Shown: positions 1 through 14,179 of the stretch, one piece after another
How the letters are laid out: every line of letters starts with the position of its first letter
Numbering within the stretch: position 1 is the stretch's first letter
NCBI RefSeq assembly: GCF_006345805.1
Contig: NC_042998.1
Span: 116,064,001 to 116,128,000, forward strand
Direction of reading: 5' to 3'
Length of the DNA stretch: 64,000 nt
Source: Octopus sinensis
Taxonomy: Eukaryota
Position numbers and translations under genes: made by a program
The notes under the pieces: generated by a model
Databases searched by the model: none
Told to the model about the DNA's origin: nothing
What the model saw: only the letters and a program-made list of their open reading frames with translations

Positions 1-791
1 CCCTGATGTAGACAACAACATCACCCGCTATAACTTTTACCAAAGCATTCACCACCATGGACAACCAAATTTACCAACACCGCTTCCACCCTACAGTTGG
101 TTCTCACCATCCCTTCTACCACCATTCCAAATGTGACTTCCAACGCACCAACGACACTAACACGTGGGGAGCTCCCGCTACCAGTACAAGCAACTGACTA
201 TCCAAATTAGTGTCAGGATCTATCTAAATACACATTTCTTTGATGTATACTTCTGAAGAAATACGAAGCTCTATATAAAACTTCCAGCTCTGTTAGAAGT
301 TTACCTTATTTTTTCATTTCATTTATTATTCTATGTCTCTAAGAAATCTTCAGGCTCAGAAGCCTGAAGTTTGCTAAGATACACAAGGTACGTTATATAA
401 TCTGCCTAAAGTCCGGGTATCTTTAGCAAGAAACTATTACTAGCTCTTATTGTAAATACTGTTGATTTTAATTATTTTTGTCTCTCACTGCTTGGAGTAC
501 ACTTTGCTGATGATACCGTAACTGAAAGTTAACTATATACATATATATTCATACATACATACATATATATACACACACATATATATATATATATACATAT
601 ATATATACATACAGGAATACATATATATATACGTATATATATACATTTATACATACATATATATAAACATATATAATATATATACATATCTATATCTCTC
701 TCTCTCTATATATACACATATGTATACACATATATATATATGTATATATATGTATGTATGTATACACACACATACGCACACACACAAACAG

Positions 792-831
<40 letters not shown>

Positions 832-1394
832 GTACTTACACAGACACACACACAAACAGACACAGTCACACATATACAATTAGTAGCGATGGAATTGGCA
901 TATTCAAATTAACATAGATGCGTTGTTAGAACACAGAAAACTGCGCTTTTGGTATTGAAAAATTGTCTCTTATACGCGCTTGGTGCATAAACGCAGGCAG
1001 ATAGATCGTAACAGAGGAGAACTGTTTGTCATGGGTGTCGGAATTGCTATATCATTTGATTTCATTCTTGGGGAAAATCATCATTTGGAAGTGTCCTGTC
1101 ACTCTATGTCAGTCAAATCTCACTGCTACGATGTGCAGAATCTCAGTATGCTTTCAGACTATTGTCACAAACAAACAGATGTTTTACTGAAAATTGATTT
1201 TTAGTGATGGAATCCGTATTACTACCACAAGGTGAACTTAATATCCAACTCAATGAGGATGTGTTGCTAGAACACTGGGTACTCGTTATTTGCCTTGAGG
1301 CATCCTCTCATATAGGCGCTTGGCATATCGGCTATATGCGACATCCGTGTCTGAAAGAACGCTGATATTCTATATATCATTAGTAGTCTGCTTT

Positions 1395-1772
1395 GAATAG
1401 TATGCAGATTGCTTAGCAACCACATTGTTCCGGGATCAGTCCCACTGTGTGGCACCTTAGGCAAGTGTCTTCTACTATAGCCTCGGACCGATCAAAGCCT
1501 TGTGAGTGGATTTGGTAGACGTAAACTGAAAGAAGCCCGTCATATGTATGTATATACATATACGTATATATGTATTTGTGTGTCTGTTTGCACCCCCCCG
1601 AACATCGCTTGAAACCGATAATGGTGTGTTTACCTCCCCGTAACTAAGCATTTCGGCAAAAAAAACCGATAGAATAAGTACTAGAGTTACAAAGAATAAG
1701 TCCTAGGGTCGATTTGCTCGACTAAAGGCGGTGCTCCAGTATGGCCGCAGTTAAATGACATAAGGAACTAAA
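1395..1772 (+). mobile_element. tRNA-derived SINE (octopus OK/OR-like family A), degenerate head
   Basis: Body GTGGCACCTTAGGCAAGTGTCTTCTACTATAGCCTCGG...GGATTTGGTAGAC, internal TA/TG microsatellite, tail GGCGGTGCTCCAGTATGGCCGCAG. The same family occurs on the minus strand at 43127-43451. Confidence 0.8.
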
Positions 1773-1868
1773 AATTTTGAAAATATGCAGCGAGAATATC
1801 GTTTACGTGATGGAAATGAATATTGCTAGAATGGTTATTATAATTTACAAGATTAAATAAATAACATG

Positions 1869-2282
1869 GGTTCCTTTCGGTTTGAACGGCAGTTTTTCTA
1901 GCGGTGTCATATAAAATTGTCACCCATAATTATGACCCTAGTATCGATCTATTGTATTGCAATCTATTTTAGGGTTAGGGTTAGGGGTGGAGGAATGGTA
2001 TCTGTTTTTCTTCACAAATATAAATAAACCTAATCTGTTTCTTAAACGAGGGATATATTCATACGGTAAAGAATGTTTTTACCTCAGTAGACGTCAGTGA
2101 TTGGTTGAAATTGCAGAAATTGAAGAAAAACAACAACAAATATCTTGCAAACTATAGAATTTTCTGAATAAAGCCAAGAGAAATAGATGTTTTATAAATA
2201 CATTCTACAAGCATGCGAAGTTTAACATTTTTTAGTTACCTGGAAATTACGTTAGAAGCTGCCGTTCAAACCGAAAAGATCC
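1869..2282. mobile_element. MITE with ~24-bp TIRs and 8-bp TSD (Merlin-like; hAT not excluded)
   Basis: The left end GGTTCCTTTCGGTTTGAACGGCAG is the reverse complement of the right end CTGCCGTTCAAACCGAAAAGATCC (2 mismatches). ATAACATG is duplicated at 1861-1868 and 2283-2290. Confidence 0.8.
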
Positions 2283-2569
2283 ATAACATGATTATTTACG
2301 AAACAAATACATTGAGCGAGATATTTCAAGAAGTAATATGTCTTCCCCAGTAATAAAACTAAAGCTGACTTTCAGAATAAGTACACTGTCCTTGACGTAA
2401 TTCAGTTCAATTAATTAATTGGAAATATTAGCAAGTTTTATTGAGAAACCGAGTCCATAATTTGTTATGTTCATAAATTATCTAATTAGTCTTGCATTTG
2501 AGAATTTCTTCTAATGCAGAAAGAACATGACACCAAAATACATGGCTTGCATATTTTGGATCTAGGGAT

Positions 2570-3245
2570 CCAGACGATACTGGTCTAATTGACAAAATAA
2601 ACCGGACTACAAGAAATGATAAAAAGAGTCAAGATATAAAATACGTATAATCTCTATCTTAACCATATGAAAACAAAAATCACTGCTGCAGGAAAACAGA
2701 AAATAAAGGTTAACATGAAACTGGTCAGAAGTTAGAACAGGTTGAAATGTACAAGTATCTTAGAACCTAAATCTTTGATGAAGGCACGTGTAAGAGAAAG
2801 AATCTGAACACATAGAAAAGATTAACATCTGGACCAGCAAAAATGTCCCATCTAAGTTAAAAACAAGACTAATGCCAACGTCCATTTGGCCAATAGGCAT
2901 GTATGGATGTGAAGCATGGACACTGAAAAAAATTGAAGACAACAAAATCTCTACGTTTTAAATGAAGGTGTATGGGCGAGTGCCATGAATCTCTTACAAA
3001 TATCATCGGATAAATGAATGCATACTACAAGAAATAGGTGAAAGTCAACAACTCCTGAACGTTGAGGAAAATATAAAGCTCGTATACTATGACCATATCC
3101 GAAGAAGTAGACGTTTCCAAGACATTATCAGGAAAGTAAAAGTAGAGGGAAGTAGGTCAAGTGGAAGGCGAAAAACACAATATATGGACAATTTAAAGAA
3201 GTGGTTGGACAAGAGCGACAAAGCAGCTGCAGAACTTGCGCTTGA
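2570..3245 (+). mobile_element. Decayed RTE-clade LINE, RT C-terminal fragment
   Basis: Translates to IWPIGMYGCEAWTLKKIEDNKI, matching the RTE motif YGCEAWTL. Later residues are ...VEGSRSSGRRKTQYMDNLKKW. Many stops and frameshifts. Confidence 0.75.
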
Positions 3246-4936
3246 TTGACCTTCGATGCATTTCCATCAATACTTTGCAGGTTTACGAGTGATTTCTGAG
3301 AACATAAGCTACAGCTACCTTTGAATTGATATAAGTATTATTGAGCACGATATTGCCTGTGTTATTCTTTGTTTTGAGGTTCCAAATAAAGCTAGTGAAC
3401 GAGGTGTACATAATTAAGTAATATGAATTTTAACTTGAAAATAATAGTGAGGTATCTGGTGATAAAAAATATATTATATTCTACATTCGTTCAGAGAAAT
3501 TCTTTATTTAAAACGTAGTAAATATGATCCTTAGCGTTGCACATAATATTAGAGATATATTCACAAGAGACATTACTTTATCAGTATTAATACTACTACT
3601 AAAAGGGAGACAATATACACAGTATTATCTCTTCTAGATTGAGATGTAATATTCACAAAGAACATACGCCGTAAATGTTAACGAATAATAAAAAGCAAGT
3701 TCTCTATTACTATTTACTTTTTATTGTTAATTGCTGCTATATTATCTGCCAGAATGTGTGGGGGATTACGCAAATTCTACAGTATGGCGACAATAAATTC
3801 TACTATATCAGTTTGAGAGGAGAGAGTGCGTTCCCAAAATCCTTATAAAATTAATGCATTATCCGAAACTACATTAATTCCGCAAGATGAGTTAAACAAC
3901 GTAATATTTCTCTTACGTAACAGGTTTCTACCTATTTTATTGGATTCAGTGTTGTATTCCTGATTAACATTTGTTAAATCCATTGAAGTCATATTTGGTG
4001 AGATGGTTATCCCTCGTTTACAGCTTATTACGTAACTCATCCAGATCAGAGCTTACTTGAGAAGATTCAGCAATTTAGGAACTGATTTGAATTATGTATT
4101 GTCGTATGACATCGCTGCCGTTTGTTATTTTGACTATTTGTGGTTGTAGTTAATCGAGATTTGAGAATGTGATTAAGACTTTCCCTAGAGTTCGTGTGTA
4201 TAGTAATACATTTTTCCTAGGTGGCTGTATTACAACAACTATGTACTTGTGAATACGCTCCACTTTCCTTAAGCCTTTTAAAATCACTCTCATCAGGCAT
4301 TCATTAAAACTTGCCTGTAAATCCAATCTTTGCTAAAACCGCTCTATGGTAGACGGATACTTGGGAGAATATTTCTTCATTAGCTTAGTCTGAATACGGT
4401 AAGAGGAACCAATTTAATAATACACTTAATGAACTCCCAAGGGAGGTAAGAATATTTATTACAATATCGTAGATTCTCGTTGGGTTTATGGTGCGGGTGA
4501 TAGATGTTTTTATTAAGTTTCTATGTTAAATCTACAAAATTAGCTACTTTACAATTATGTCCTAACGTGATAGAAAGTCTAATACTTTTGAAAACTTTTT
4601 TTCTTTTACAAGCGACAAAGCAATTTACTAAAGTGAGTGAAGAAGCTCTGACATTACACCTTTTGAGTCATTACACTTGAGGAAAGTAAAATATTCTAGT
4701 GATTGTTCAATAGATAATCACTGATTAGAGAATGTACCACCACCATCATTCCTACACACACATACACAGACACAGACACTCATACATACACACACATTTA
4801 ATCGCAGGCGTTGTTGTGTGGTAACCTTGCTTAAATAAATAAGCATTGGCCGGTGACCATGGCTTGACCTCAGACCACAGACACACACATATATATACAC
4901 ACACATATGTAGAAGTTCTGAGTTCAAAGCCAAGCT

Positions 4937-5373
4937 TATATGTATATACTCGTCCACCCTCACTTGAAACACATACATGCTCATCCACACATTCGCCAAA
5001 AAATAAATATATATACGTACGCGCATACACGCTCGCACACACACTCGCACAAAGAGGTTCATATACACGACAATATACACACATGCACAAGAAAAAATAG
5101 GGCTAAAGGCAAAATGCAGAACATTGTGTAAAAAGTGTGAAAAATAAGAAATAAGAATAAAAAGTAAAGGTGTAAATATGCTCGTGGCGAACGCGCATGT
5201 CTATACATACTCATACGCTTACGCACACTCACATGCATGTGCCTATGTGTATATGATCGTCCACACTCGCTTGAAACACACACATGCGCACCCCCACATT
5301 CGCCAAAAAATATTTTATGCATACACGCACACACGATCACACACACACACGCGCGCACAAAAAAGGTTCATAT
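4937..5373. repeat. Diverged direct repeat of ~130 bp (4937-5068 and 5245-5373) in CA-rich sequence
   Basis: Both copies share CGTCCAC.CTC.CTTGAAACACA, CACATTCGCCAAAAAATA and AGGTTCATAT. Confidence 0.6.
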
Positions 5374-5739
5374 GCATTTCTATATACGCACATACTCCCA
5401 TGCACGCACGCACACCAACACACATCCACATGCTCACAACTCTTCTTTATGTGTCATAGGGACAAATATGAATCTCCAAAAACCTACTCTGCTATGACCT
5501 TTTAACATCCTTCATAAAAAGTTGTTCTTGCACTGATGAGTACAATTATATATAATTAAATTAATCTAATTAATTTATGTATTTCTATTCAACCACGAAT
5601 TTGCATGTTTTTTATATCGCTATTCGAAACGATCGACTGCATGAATTAAAATTCTCTAACATTTCAACATCCCTTCTCTATTTTTAACATGGGATTCCTT
5701 TCCATGAATTCACAACACACCGTATATGTTTATATATAT

Positions 5740-5777
5740 GTGCCTATATATATGTATGTATATGGATATATATATGG

Positions 5778-5808
<31 letters not shown>

Positions 5809-5814
5809 GTATAT

Positions 5815-5852
<38 letters not shown>

Positions 5853-6035
5853 GTATATATATATATGTATAGAATTTAATATAAAATATAAATTACAAAG
5901 TGGGACAAGAACGCAAAATCACACAAGGATACGACACAAAAAACCGACGGGTCACTCGAAGCCTCTAATCTTCAGTCGGGAACCGGATCATCTTAGTAAT
6001 TTCGGCTATGTATATGGATATATATATATGTATAT

Positions 6036-6129
<94 letters not shown>

Positions 6130-6222
6130 GGATATATATATATATACGTATATGGATATATATATTATATGTATATGGATATATATGGATATATATATAT
6201 ATGTATATGGATATATATATAT

Positions 6223-6298
<76 letters not shown>

Positions 6299-6427
6299 GG
6301 ATTATATATATATACGTATATGGATATATATATATATACGTATATGGATATATATATATATGTATATGGATATATATATATGGATATATATATATATATA
6401 TATGTGTGTGTATATGGATATATATAT

Positions 6428-6470
<43 letters not shown>
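5740..6470. repeat. Compound (TA)n microsatellite with recurrent TATGGATA units; ~140-bp non-repeat insert at 5871-6010
   Basis: Read directly from the sequence. Confidence 0.9.
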
Positions 6471-6471
<1 letters not shown>

Positions 6472-6869
6472 TCATCGTAATTTAAATGCTACAAAGAGCC
6501 AGAATGCTTGCTGGCAACAAACAGTCTTATATAAATACTTAATATCTACGTTTAGCAGTTGCTACTGGATACCAAATTATTATTTCTGCATTTCAATATT
6601 AACGAAAATAATTTCGATTTCGTCATGTTGTTAACTCGTACACTTGCATGTATGTATGTATGTATGCATGTATGTATGTATGTATGCATGTATGTATGTA
6701 TGTATGTATGTATGTATGTATGTATGTATGCATGTATGTATGTATATACATATGTATGTATTTATATATATATATGTATGTATTTATATATATATATATG
6801 TATGTATAAATATATATGTATGTATGTATATATATATGTATGTATTATCCATATATATATATGTATGTA

Positions 6870-6909
<40 letters not shown>

Positions 6910-8824
6910 ATTTCTTGTTTATGTCTCCTTATATATCTTTGCTTTGACGTTTGCATTTTTAATATTACTTTGCTAGCAATGCATCTGTTCACACAGTTAA
7001 TGCATGTAAATCTCAATTTCTTTCTGTAATACTTGCATACGCATTTATATATTTGAATCGATTTCTAACTGCAACACTAAAAGAATATGTATATAATAGG
7101 GAAAAAGATGAAAGCACATCCAGTTCTTTTTAGTTGTTCATCGTGACAAGTAATAATTTACAATTATTTTCGAGGTGATGATTTTTGCAGGCAATATTAC
7201 CAAAGAATCTCCTTCAAATGTGTTCAATTGTTATGAAATACGAAATAAAATTTGAGATGCGACACATCTTTATTTCAAGAATTCATTGAAAATTTATTTA
7301 AGCTATTTTAGGTATACAAAATGTGAACCTCAGCAAGTTTGCAAATAAATTGAAACAAGAAATGGACGAATAAGAAAAATAGAGAACGTTATTGAATGAT
7401 CTAATGTATTCCTTTCAAAGAATGAAAGAAACGATGCTTGAGTTTCGTTTAGAAACTGTATATTCTTTGAATATTAAACACAAATATTACTAGTTAATAT
7501 TTTCTAAGTGTTCCTTTTCTAGTTGAATTTTGATAGTTCATCGATTATTCTGCAGAAACCTACCAATACGTAGAGGTGTTTCATCAAAGCAAATGTATCC
7601 TTTTAATGTCTGCAAAGTTAACGCGTTTCTGCAGCTATTGGATATTACTTTGCTTGATTTTAAATGCGTCCTACTGAATTCAGCTTTCAATAAAAACAGT
7701 GAAGTACTGTACAGATGAACAAGTATCTAAACCCAATCAAAGCACATCTGATTTGTATATATACGAAATATTACGGACATTTTATAACACAAATATCACA
7801 TATGCATTTGTGAAAATTATACTCTACACGAAAGCTGGTGAGGATGAATGCGTAAACGAATATTAATTTGCAATGAAATACATGACGTTACCACAGTACC
7901 ACAAATATTAACTAGACATGGGTAAAAGCGATTAATTTTACTCTAGTATATGGTATTCATGTTATAAATAACATGAGATGAAAGGCAAATTCGACGCTGG
8001 TTTTATTTGAAAACAGAAAGATCAGTGACAAATCTTGAGACATTTAAAAGGGATAACAATAAAATTCTTTAGTCATGAAATTTAGTGTTTCTGCTATGGC
8101 GAAGATAAACAAATCACAACCGTGCATAAGTTGATAATACCATTGGCAGTTATTCATGCATAACTCTATCGCTTTTCTCTCTTCCTCCCCTCTCTAGCTA
8201 TCCCTCTATATATGCATATACACACGTACACATATATGTGTGCGTATGTGTATGAATATATATACATATATATAATAGACAGTTTGGTCGATAGACAGAC
8301 ATTGTACGAATTACATTTATTCAGAAAAATCTCCAGAATATCTCAGAGGAATTATCCTTCTTCTACTTGATATTTATAAGTGTTTAACTTAGAAATAAAA
8401 TAAATAAACCAACTGATTAAATATCGATAAATCGAAAGGAGATACTGAGCAAGAAATAATCAAAAAATGAAATACAGAAAGAGAGAAGGAAAAACAGTGG
8501 GAATAAATTTAAGATGTGTGACGCAAATACAAAGGTTTAAAATCTAAGTTGAGTTTCCTTACAAATTATTTTCACTAGGTTGGTATATGAATATTTACGT
8601 GCCCTGTAGTGGGGTGTTGAAATTTTGGGCAACAATGGAGGCCATATTTTATGAAATTGCTTTTGAAGTTATCAATACTACACTTCCAAAATTTGCAGCC
8701 AGTATTTAATGTCTACCACAATGTGATATACTAAGATGCTTTTTTTCGATGTCTTGTACAATGGACATAGTGTTCAAGTATTTCGTATAATGCAAATTAT
8801 TATAGATATGTACTTAATTTCTGT

Positions 8825-9120
8825 GGAGACACATGGCCTAGTGGTTAGAGCAGCGGAATCGCGGTCGCGGGATCGCGGGTTCGTATCTCAGACCGGGTGA
8901 TCTGTGTATTTATGAGCGAAACGCCTGAGCTCCACGCGGGTCCGGCAGAAGGAAATGGCGAACTTCTGCTGACCCTTTCGCCACAACTTTCTCTCACCCA
9001 TTCCTCCTGCAGCTCACCTGCGACGGACCGGCGTCCCATCCAAGTGGGGAAACTATACGCAAAGGAAACCGGGAAACCGGCCCTTATGAGCCAGGCGTGG
9101 CTCGAGAAGGAACAAACATC
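8825..9120 (+). mobile_element. tRNA(Arg-like)-derived SINE
   Basis: A box TGGCCTAGTGG and B box GGTTCGTATCT, followed by a non-tRNA body. The head is homologous to 38621-38690. Confidence 0.8.
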
Positions 9121-9157
9121 ATATATAACTACATATGTGAGACAAAATTTTTTTAAC

Positions 9158-9208
9158 GGCGGTGCATCAGCATGGCCGCAGCTCTGAGCTGAAACTTAAA
9201 AAAAAAAA
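9158..9208 (+). mobile_element. Isolated SINE/LINE 3' tail with poly(A)
   Basis: GGCGGTGCATCAGCATGGCCGCAGCTCTGAGCTGAAACTT followed by a poly(A) run. Homologous to 1727-1750 and to the CR1 3' UTR at 63210-63250. Confidence 0.65.
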
Positions 9209-10956
9209 GATAATTGTATATTCTCTATACTAAAAGTAGTACTTGCTTTAATATCCTTCCGTTGTACAATTAGAGTTAAATTAGACTTAGGTCAGCATAA
9301 AATTGGCTTGCTTAAATTTTGCAAGCCATGAATATGAGTGAAAATGATCAAGATGAAAGTTTTGGAAGCCATACATTAAACATTGTTTGTAGGCTACATA
9401 GTACACCACCTCAAAACTAACAAGTCTTGAAAAATTTCCTATATTTAAACCCACACACACGATCTTATTCAAAATTTTCACTTTCATTACACTTAATGTT
9501 GCGTCTCTCAAAATAAATGCATTCAATGTCTAGTCGTTTAGCTCTTGGTGTTATGTCAAAGTAAATATATTTCGAGGACTATATATCTGCCGAAATAATC
9601 GTGGCCAGATGAAAATTGCTTTTAGAGGTCTGAATTACTTTGTCATTCTGGGTACAGCTTAAAGGATAAGCTATTATTATTCCCTCAGTTGTATATAACG
9701 GCAGCTATTTCTTGTCGGAATGCATAGATAACATCGGTTTTCGTGAGATCTCATCGCTTTAGAGTCACTCGGCACAGACAATGCGTGTGGTTGCTTGTGT
9801 ATCTTTATGTGCATCTGACAATACTCTGAACTAAAACAGGGCCAGTGATCGGTAACTTTTGATACTCTACTTTCAAAAACTTCACACACACGCACACATG
9901 TATGTTTATTGACTATCCTTAAAGGAATAAAAATTTTGGTGGGTATAAAAAGGCGAAGCAAAATAGTGAAAAGTAAATATAAAATATTGGAATATTACGT
10001 ATGGGTCGTAGTGAAGAGAGAGATAGAGACCGCTCATTACTCCAATAATATAATACAATCTCTCAAGTGTACGATAACCGGTTCTATGCCCGAAATTGAT
10101 AAAGATTATCTATTTCGGTATGTCAACCATTCCGACCCCAATTTGAAACAGACATTGAAGCTAGCAGTAGATTCATTGACTAAATGTTATCAAAGATTAT
10201 TTGTAGCAATTTGTGTCCAAATACATATTTTACTTGATGAGCTATGCATTTCTTCAAATTCATGCAAATGAAAAGACAAAAATAAAACAATTACAATCAT
10301 TTTAAACACTCTGCAAATCTTTTCTTTGCAAACCCTCCAATTTCAGAGACTTTTGTCTTCTCATTACTCATTTCACATCAACAAGGGCTACACTGTGGAA
10401 AACATGGAATCATGTCACAGAAAACATGGAAACATGACATAGAAGACGATTTGAATATTGCTTTGCTACCTGTATCTTTCGTCCAGAGTCCGGAAAATCA
10501 GCTTTCTACGATTGGATTCTTTACTTGTGTATCGAGGTTCTATAGATTGTTTTTTTTTTTCGTATCCTGATGGATTTTCATTCAAGCACCGGGATCTTAG
10601 CGAATAACTTTATGTAAATCGGCAATTTATGTTCATTTTTCTTTCCTTTGTTTTGCATTTTGATTTTGGCGTTGTTCGTTCACGTACCAACCTCAATTTG
10701 TGAAAAACACAAATATTCTTCTTCGCGTACATCAAAACTAGTGAATATAGTCGTTGGAGTTTGAAAATTGCAATCCGAATTTCACCAATTGGTTATACAA
10801 TAATTCTGCGTGGTATATTAATTAAGGATATTCATAGGGCGATACCTGAAGGTTTCCCCTCTACGTTCAACAAAGAATATAGTGGGGTAACATTTTCAGC
10901 GCTCGAGTGAATATCAAAGCCTTAATAATTGATACTTTATGAACAATGTTTGTGTC

Positions 10957-11002
10957 TATGTATGTATGTATGTATGTATGTATGTATGTATGTATGTATG
11001 TA
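10957..11002. repeat. (TATG)n microsatellite
   Basis: Read directly from the sequence. Confidence 0.95.
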
Positions 11003-11004
11003 TA

Positions 11005-12368
11005 TCATTGTTTAGTTTTATTTTAAGATTTCTCGCCGATATAGAAAGAGCCATTTCTAACGTAAATTCGAGGCTCCTTCATTAGGATTTCAACATCAAC
11101 AACAGGGTATTTTTGCTTGTATGTTTATGTGCAGATTTGTATGTTTTCTTTTATGTATGTATTCTCACAGATATTGCTGCCTATCTAGACATGCACATAT
11201 ATATTCCAATGATAAACTTCTGGCAAGTTTTACAGATTTTTACAGTTCCAGTGATGGATTGGAAATGCAGTCTTCGAATTAGCTTTCTTCTTTCTGGTTT
11301 TGAGAAGCCTAATTTCCCAAAATTGGTATTTAGACATTGTGTTACATATTCTAGGGCCCTAATAATTACAGGTATAAACCAGATCTTGTAATCTGGATAG
11401 AGTAATTTAAGACTTCTCGATAGTTCAGCGTAGGTATTCTCTTTTTTACTGATCTTCAGCTTTATATTAACATCCGCTGGGCCGCTAATTTCCAAAACTG
11501 TACACATTTTCTCTTTTCTATCCCAACTCATTATATCAGGTCCGTTGTGCGTACATTTTATTGAGGTCTTCGCTGGTACATTCCACCAGTATTAGTTTTC
11601 ATTATCAGTGGCTATGGCTTCTACGACATTATGGGTTTTTATTTCTTTGTCTCTGGCATTATCTTTCCGACGGGTTTCATTATAGAGTGTCCTAGCTACA
11701 GCGTCATGTCCCATCGGTAGATAATACCGTGATGACATTTTTGGACAACTGCTTATGATGTGGGTGATATCTTCAGTGTGAACTCCACAAAGTCTGATGG
11801 GTTATCACATTTTACTGCTTCTCTCGCTTCCCTATCCTTTTTGTGCATCAGGTACTTGGTTGATATTTTATGTTCCTGGATTGCAAACACATGCCCTTCC
11901 AAATGGGAGGTAGCTATTCGGCTAGTCATCCATGATAAGCTTTGATGATCGATGTTACTATCATCATGGAGCTTTCTAGTAAAATATTCATGCATAGTCT
12001 TCTGCTCATATAGCCTCATCCTTTCATCTGATTTATACGTTGCAGTAGAGTCGAGCAACATCTTTGGGTATGTATTCTAGGTTATCAGACAAAGTGTGTT
12101 GCTGAAGGAGCTGCTTTCCAAGTCTTATAATGTTATCAGCCTCATCCAAGCAAACTTGGGCAAGGGATGCACGTCGACGCTTGGTGGTTAAGAGATGTTG
12201 CCGAAGGGATATGATGCGACATTCAAATGTTGGTATGAGTACTAGTACTGCAAACACATTGTGGGCCTTGAATGTAGAGAGGTCTGAGGTCCAGATTTTC
12301 TTTATTAGGCTGTAATAGTCTTTAGTGATACGTGTTTTGTTAAAGGTGCCATTGTAAATTATATTTTC
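11005..12368 (-). mobile_element. 5'-truncated R4/Dong-clade non-LTR retrotransposon (RT C-terminus, zinc-knuckle remnant, RLE endonuclease, 3' UTR)
   Basis: Minus-strand peptides include YNGTFNKTRITKDYYSLIKKIWTSDLS..AHNVFAVLVLIPTF, EGHVFAIQEHKISTKYL and KKENTYAELSRSLKLLYPDYKIWFIPVII...QSITGTVKICKT. These are typical of R4/Dong ORFs; the copy is frameshifted. Confidence 0.8.
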
Positions 12369-14179
12369 ATGTATGTATGTATGTACGTATGTATGTGCGT
12401 ATGTATGCATATATGTATGTGCGTATCTATGTGCATATGTAGGTATGTATGTATGTGCGTATGTAATTATATATAATGTGTTTATCAGGAAGCATTTTTT
12501 AATAAGTGATATCGCATTTTGAAAAGAAAATTTAGAATCATTCGCTAATTGCACAATAATTTTAGCTCTACAACGTTTGATATTCATTCCTCCGTGTCTC
12601 TATTAATAGTGTTTCCATTGAACGAACCCCGCACTAATTACTTCATAATCACTGTTTAATCACTAATCTTTGATTAATCAGTTTATCATTTTCATAATCA
12701 TGTAATATCTTTCATAATCATGTAATGTCTTTATATAAGTTACACATCAAAAGAGAGAATCGTATGATTTTTTTTTGTTATTAACTTAGTACTGATATTA
12801 ACTGAAGCCTTTTGAAACATTTCTGATGTCCACTAGCCCGAAATCTATAGATTCTTATTGTAATTCTGTATGAATAAGGCATCACCTCTTTTCTCGCTGA
12901 TCTGCATACCCTAGGTACAATATTTCTGATGTATTGATTTACTTTCTAAATACGAATAACTTTCTATATATTCCTTTTGATCTTCTATTTCTTCTAAATG
13001 TGTGTTAAATGAGCCATCGATGAAATTTCTTGGTTAGAAATCGCTCGACAAGCTAGAAATAGCTAACAATTTTAACTAAATTTGCATAGTACTACTTCAA
13101 AAGATGAGGAATGCATTGGGTAATGTAGTATTGGATACTCTAAACCTGACAAGAACTGATGGTCAAAGACAAAAGTCAATGTATTCATAGGTTTAGTTGG
13201 TCAAATTTGAACTGGTTTTGAATAAAAATGACATCAGAATGAGCAACGTGATAGTATGATTATACATTTCAATGACATAAACATAAATTCCGTGATGCCC
13301 ATAGGGGTAAACTATGGTCTCGGCCACTCATCTGAAGTTTGTGTATAAATCTTAAGTACAACTATTATAGTTTATGTTAAATTTGGGAAAAGAAACATGT
13401 TATACATATTGATAAACAAATGAGTAGATAGCGAAATTGGTATTGCTAAAAGCCACAAACACACGAACACACACATACACACACACATATACACGCGCGC
13501 GCACACACACGCACACACACACACATACACACACACACAACATGCATACATATGTATGGGGGCGTGTGTGTGTGTGTGCGTCTATATAAGTAAATATATA
13601 AGGATATGGGTAAGAGGGACTGATCACAGCTATTTTGATTGAGTGTCATTCAAAATTATTCGATATGAATACTCGAGGATTTCTCTTACAGAGTTCGTCA
13701 AATGCCAGAACTTAAGCGAAGAGGATTATTATGAATATCTTGATGTATTTTGTATGAAAGAAATCAGAGAAAAGCGTGCAATAGTTATTGCCATTACTCT
13801 CTTTATCACAAATCTCACTACTAAGAGACTTGTGTACAAATAGACATGAATAACCACAAAAGGACTTTCGATTAAATTAACCCAAAATATAGATATGGGC
13901 AGGATACACATACATACATATCTTATTTTCTTTTCTAGGCAGAAACCCGCACATACATATATTATAATATCAATATATATGCAATTTATTTATAACGAAT
14001 TGGCTAGAAAAAATAATCCATTGTCTTTATTATCATTCCTAATTACCCCGTGGAATGAACTTCATTTTTAGCAAACATTTGAAACAGTTCCCCAGTCTGA
14101 GAATAACTACATCCTTTGTCATTTGGCCTTCCAGTAGCTGATAATAAAAACAAAATATATATGAATATATAGTACTTAC

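Noticed and set aside
900-1330. Non-repetitive segment with a 74-aa ORF
   Set aside because: No motif recognised on either strand; cannot be supported as an exon or TE.
1968-1987. TTAGGG repeats as a telomere or interstitial telomere
   Set aside because: Only about three units, and they lie inside a TSD-bounded MITE.
5940-5985. HHR candidate CTGAAGA...GAGTGACCCGTC on the minus strand of a TA-flanked insert
   Set aside because: No GAAA, and stem I does not pair in register.
8825-8900. tRNA-Arg-like sequence (also 38621-38695 and the 44740-44806 minus-strand head)
   Set aside because: No proper acceptor stem, and each continues into a repeated body. These are SINE heads, not tRNA genes.
14045-14135. 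Possible next receptor exon (LLEGQMTKDVV...) on the minus strand
   Set aside because: It has AG/GT boundaries but no similarity to the expected EEPY-type S1 sequence.
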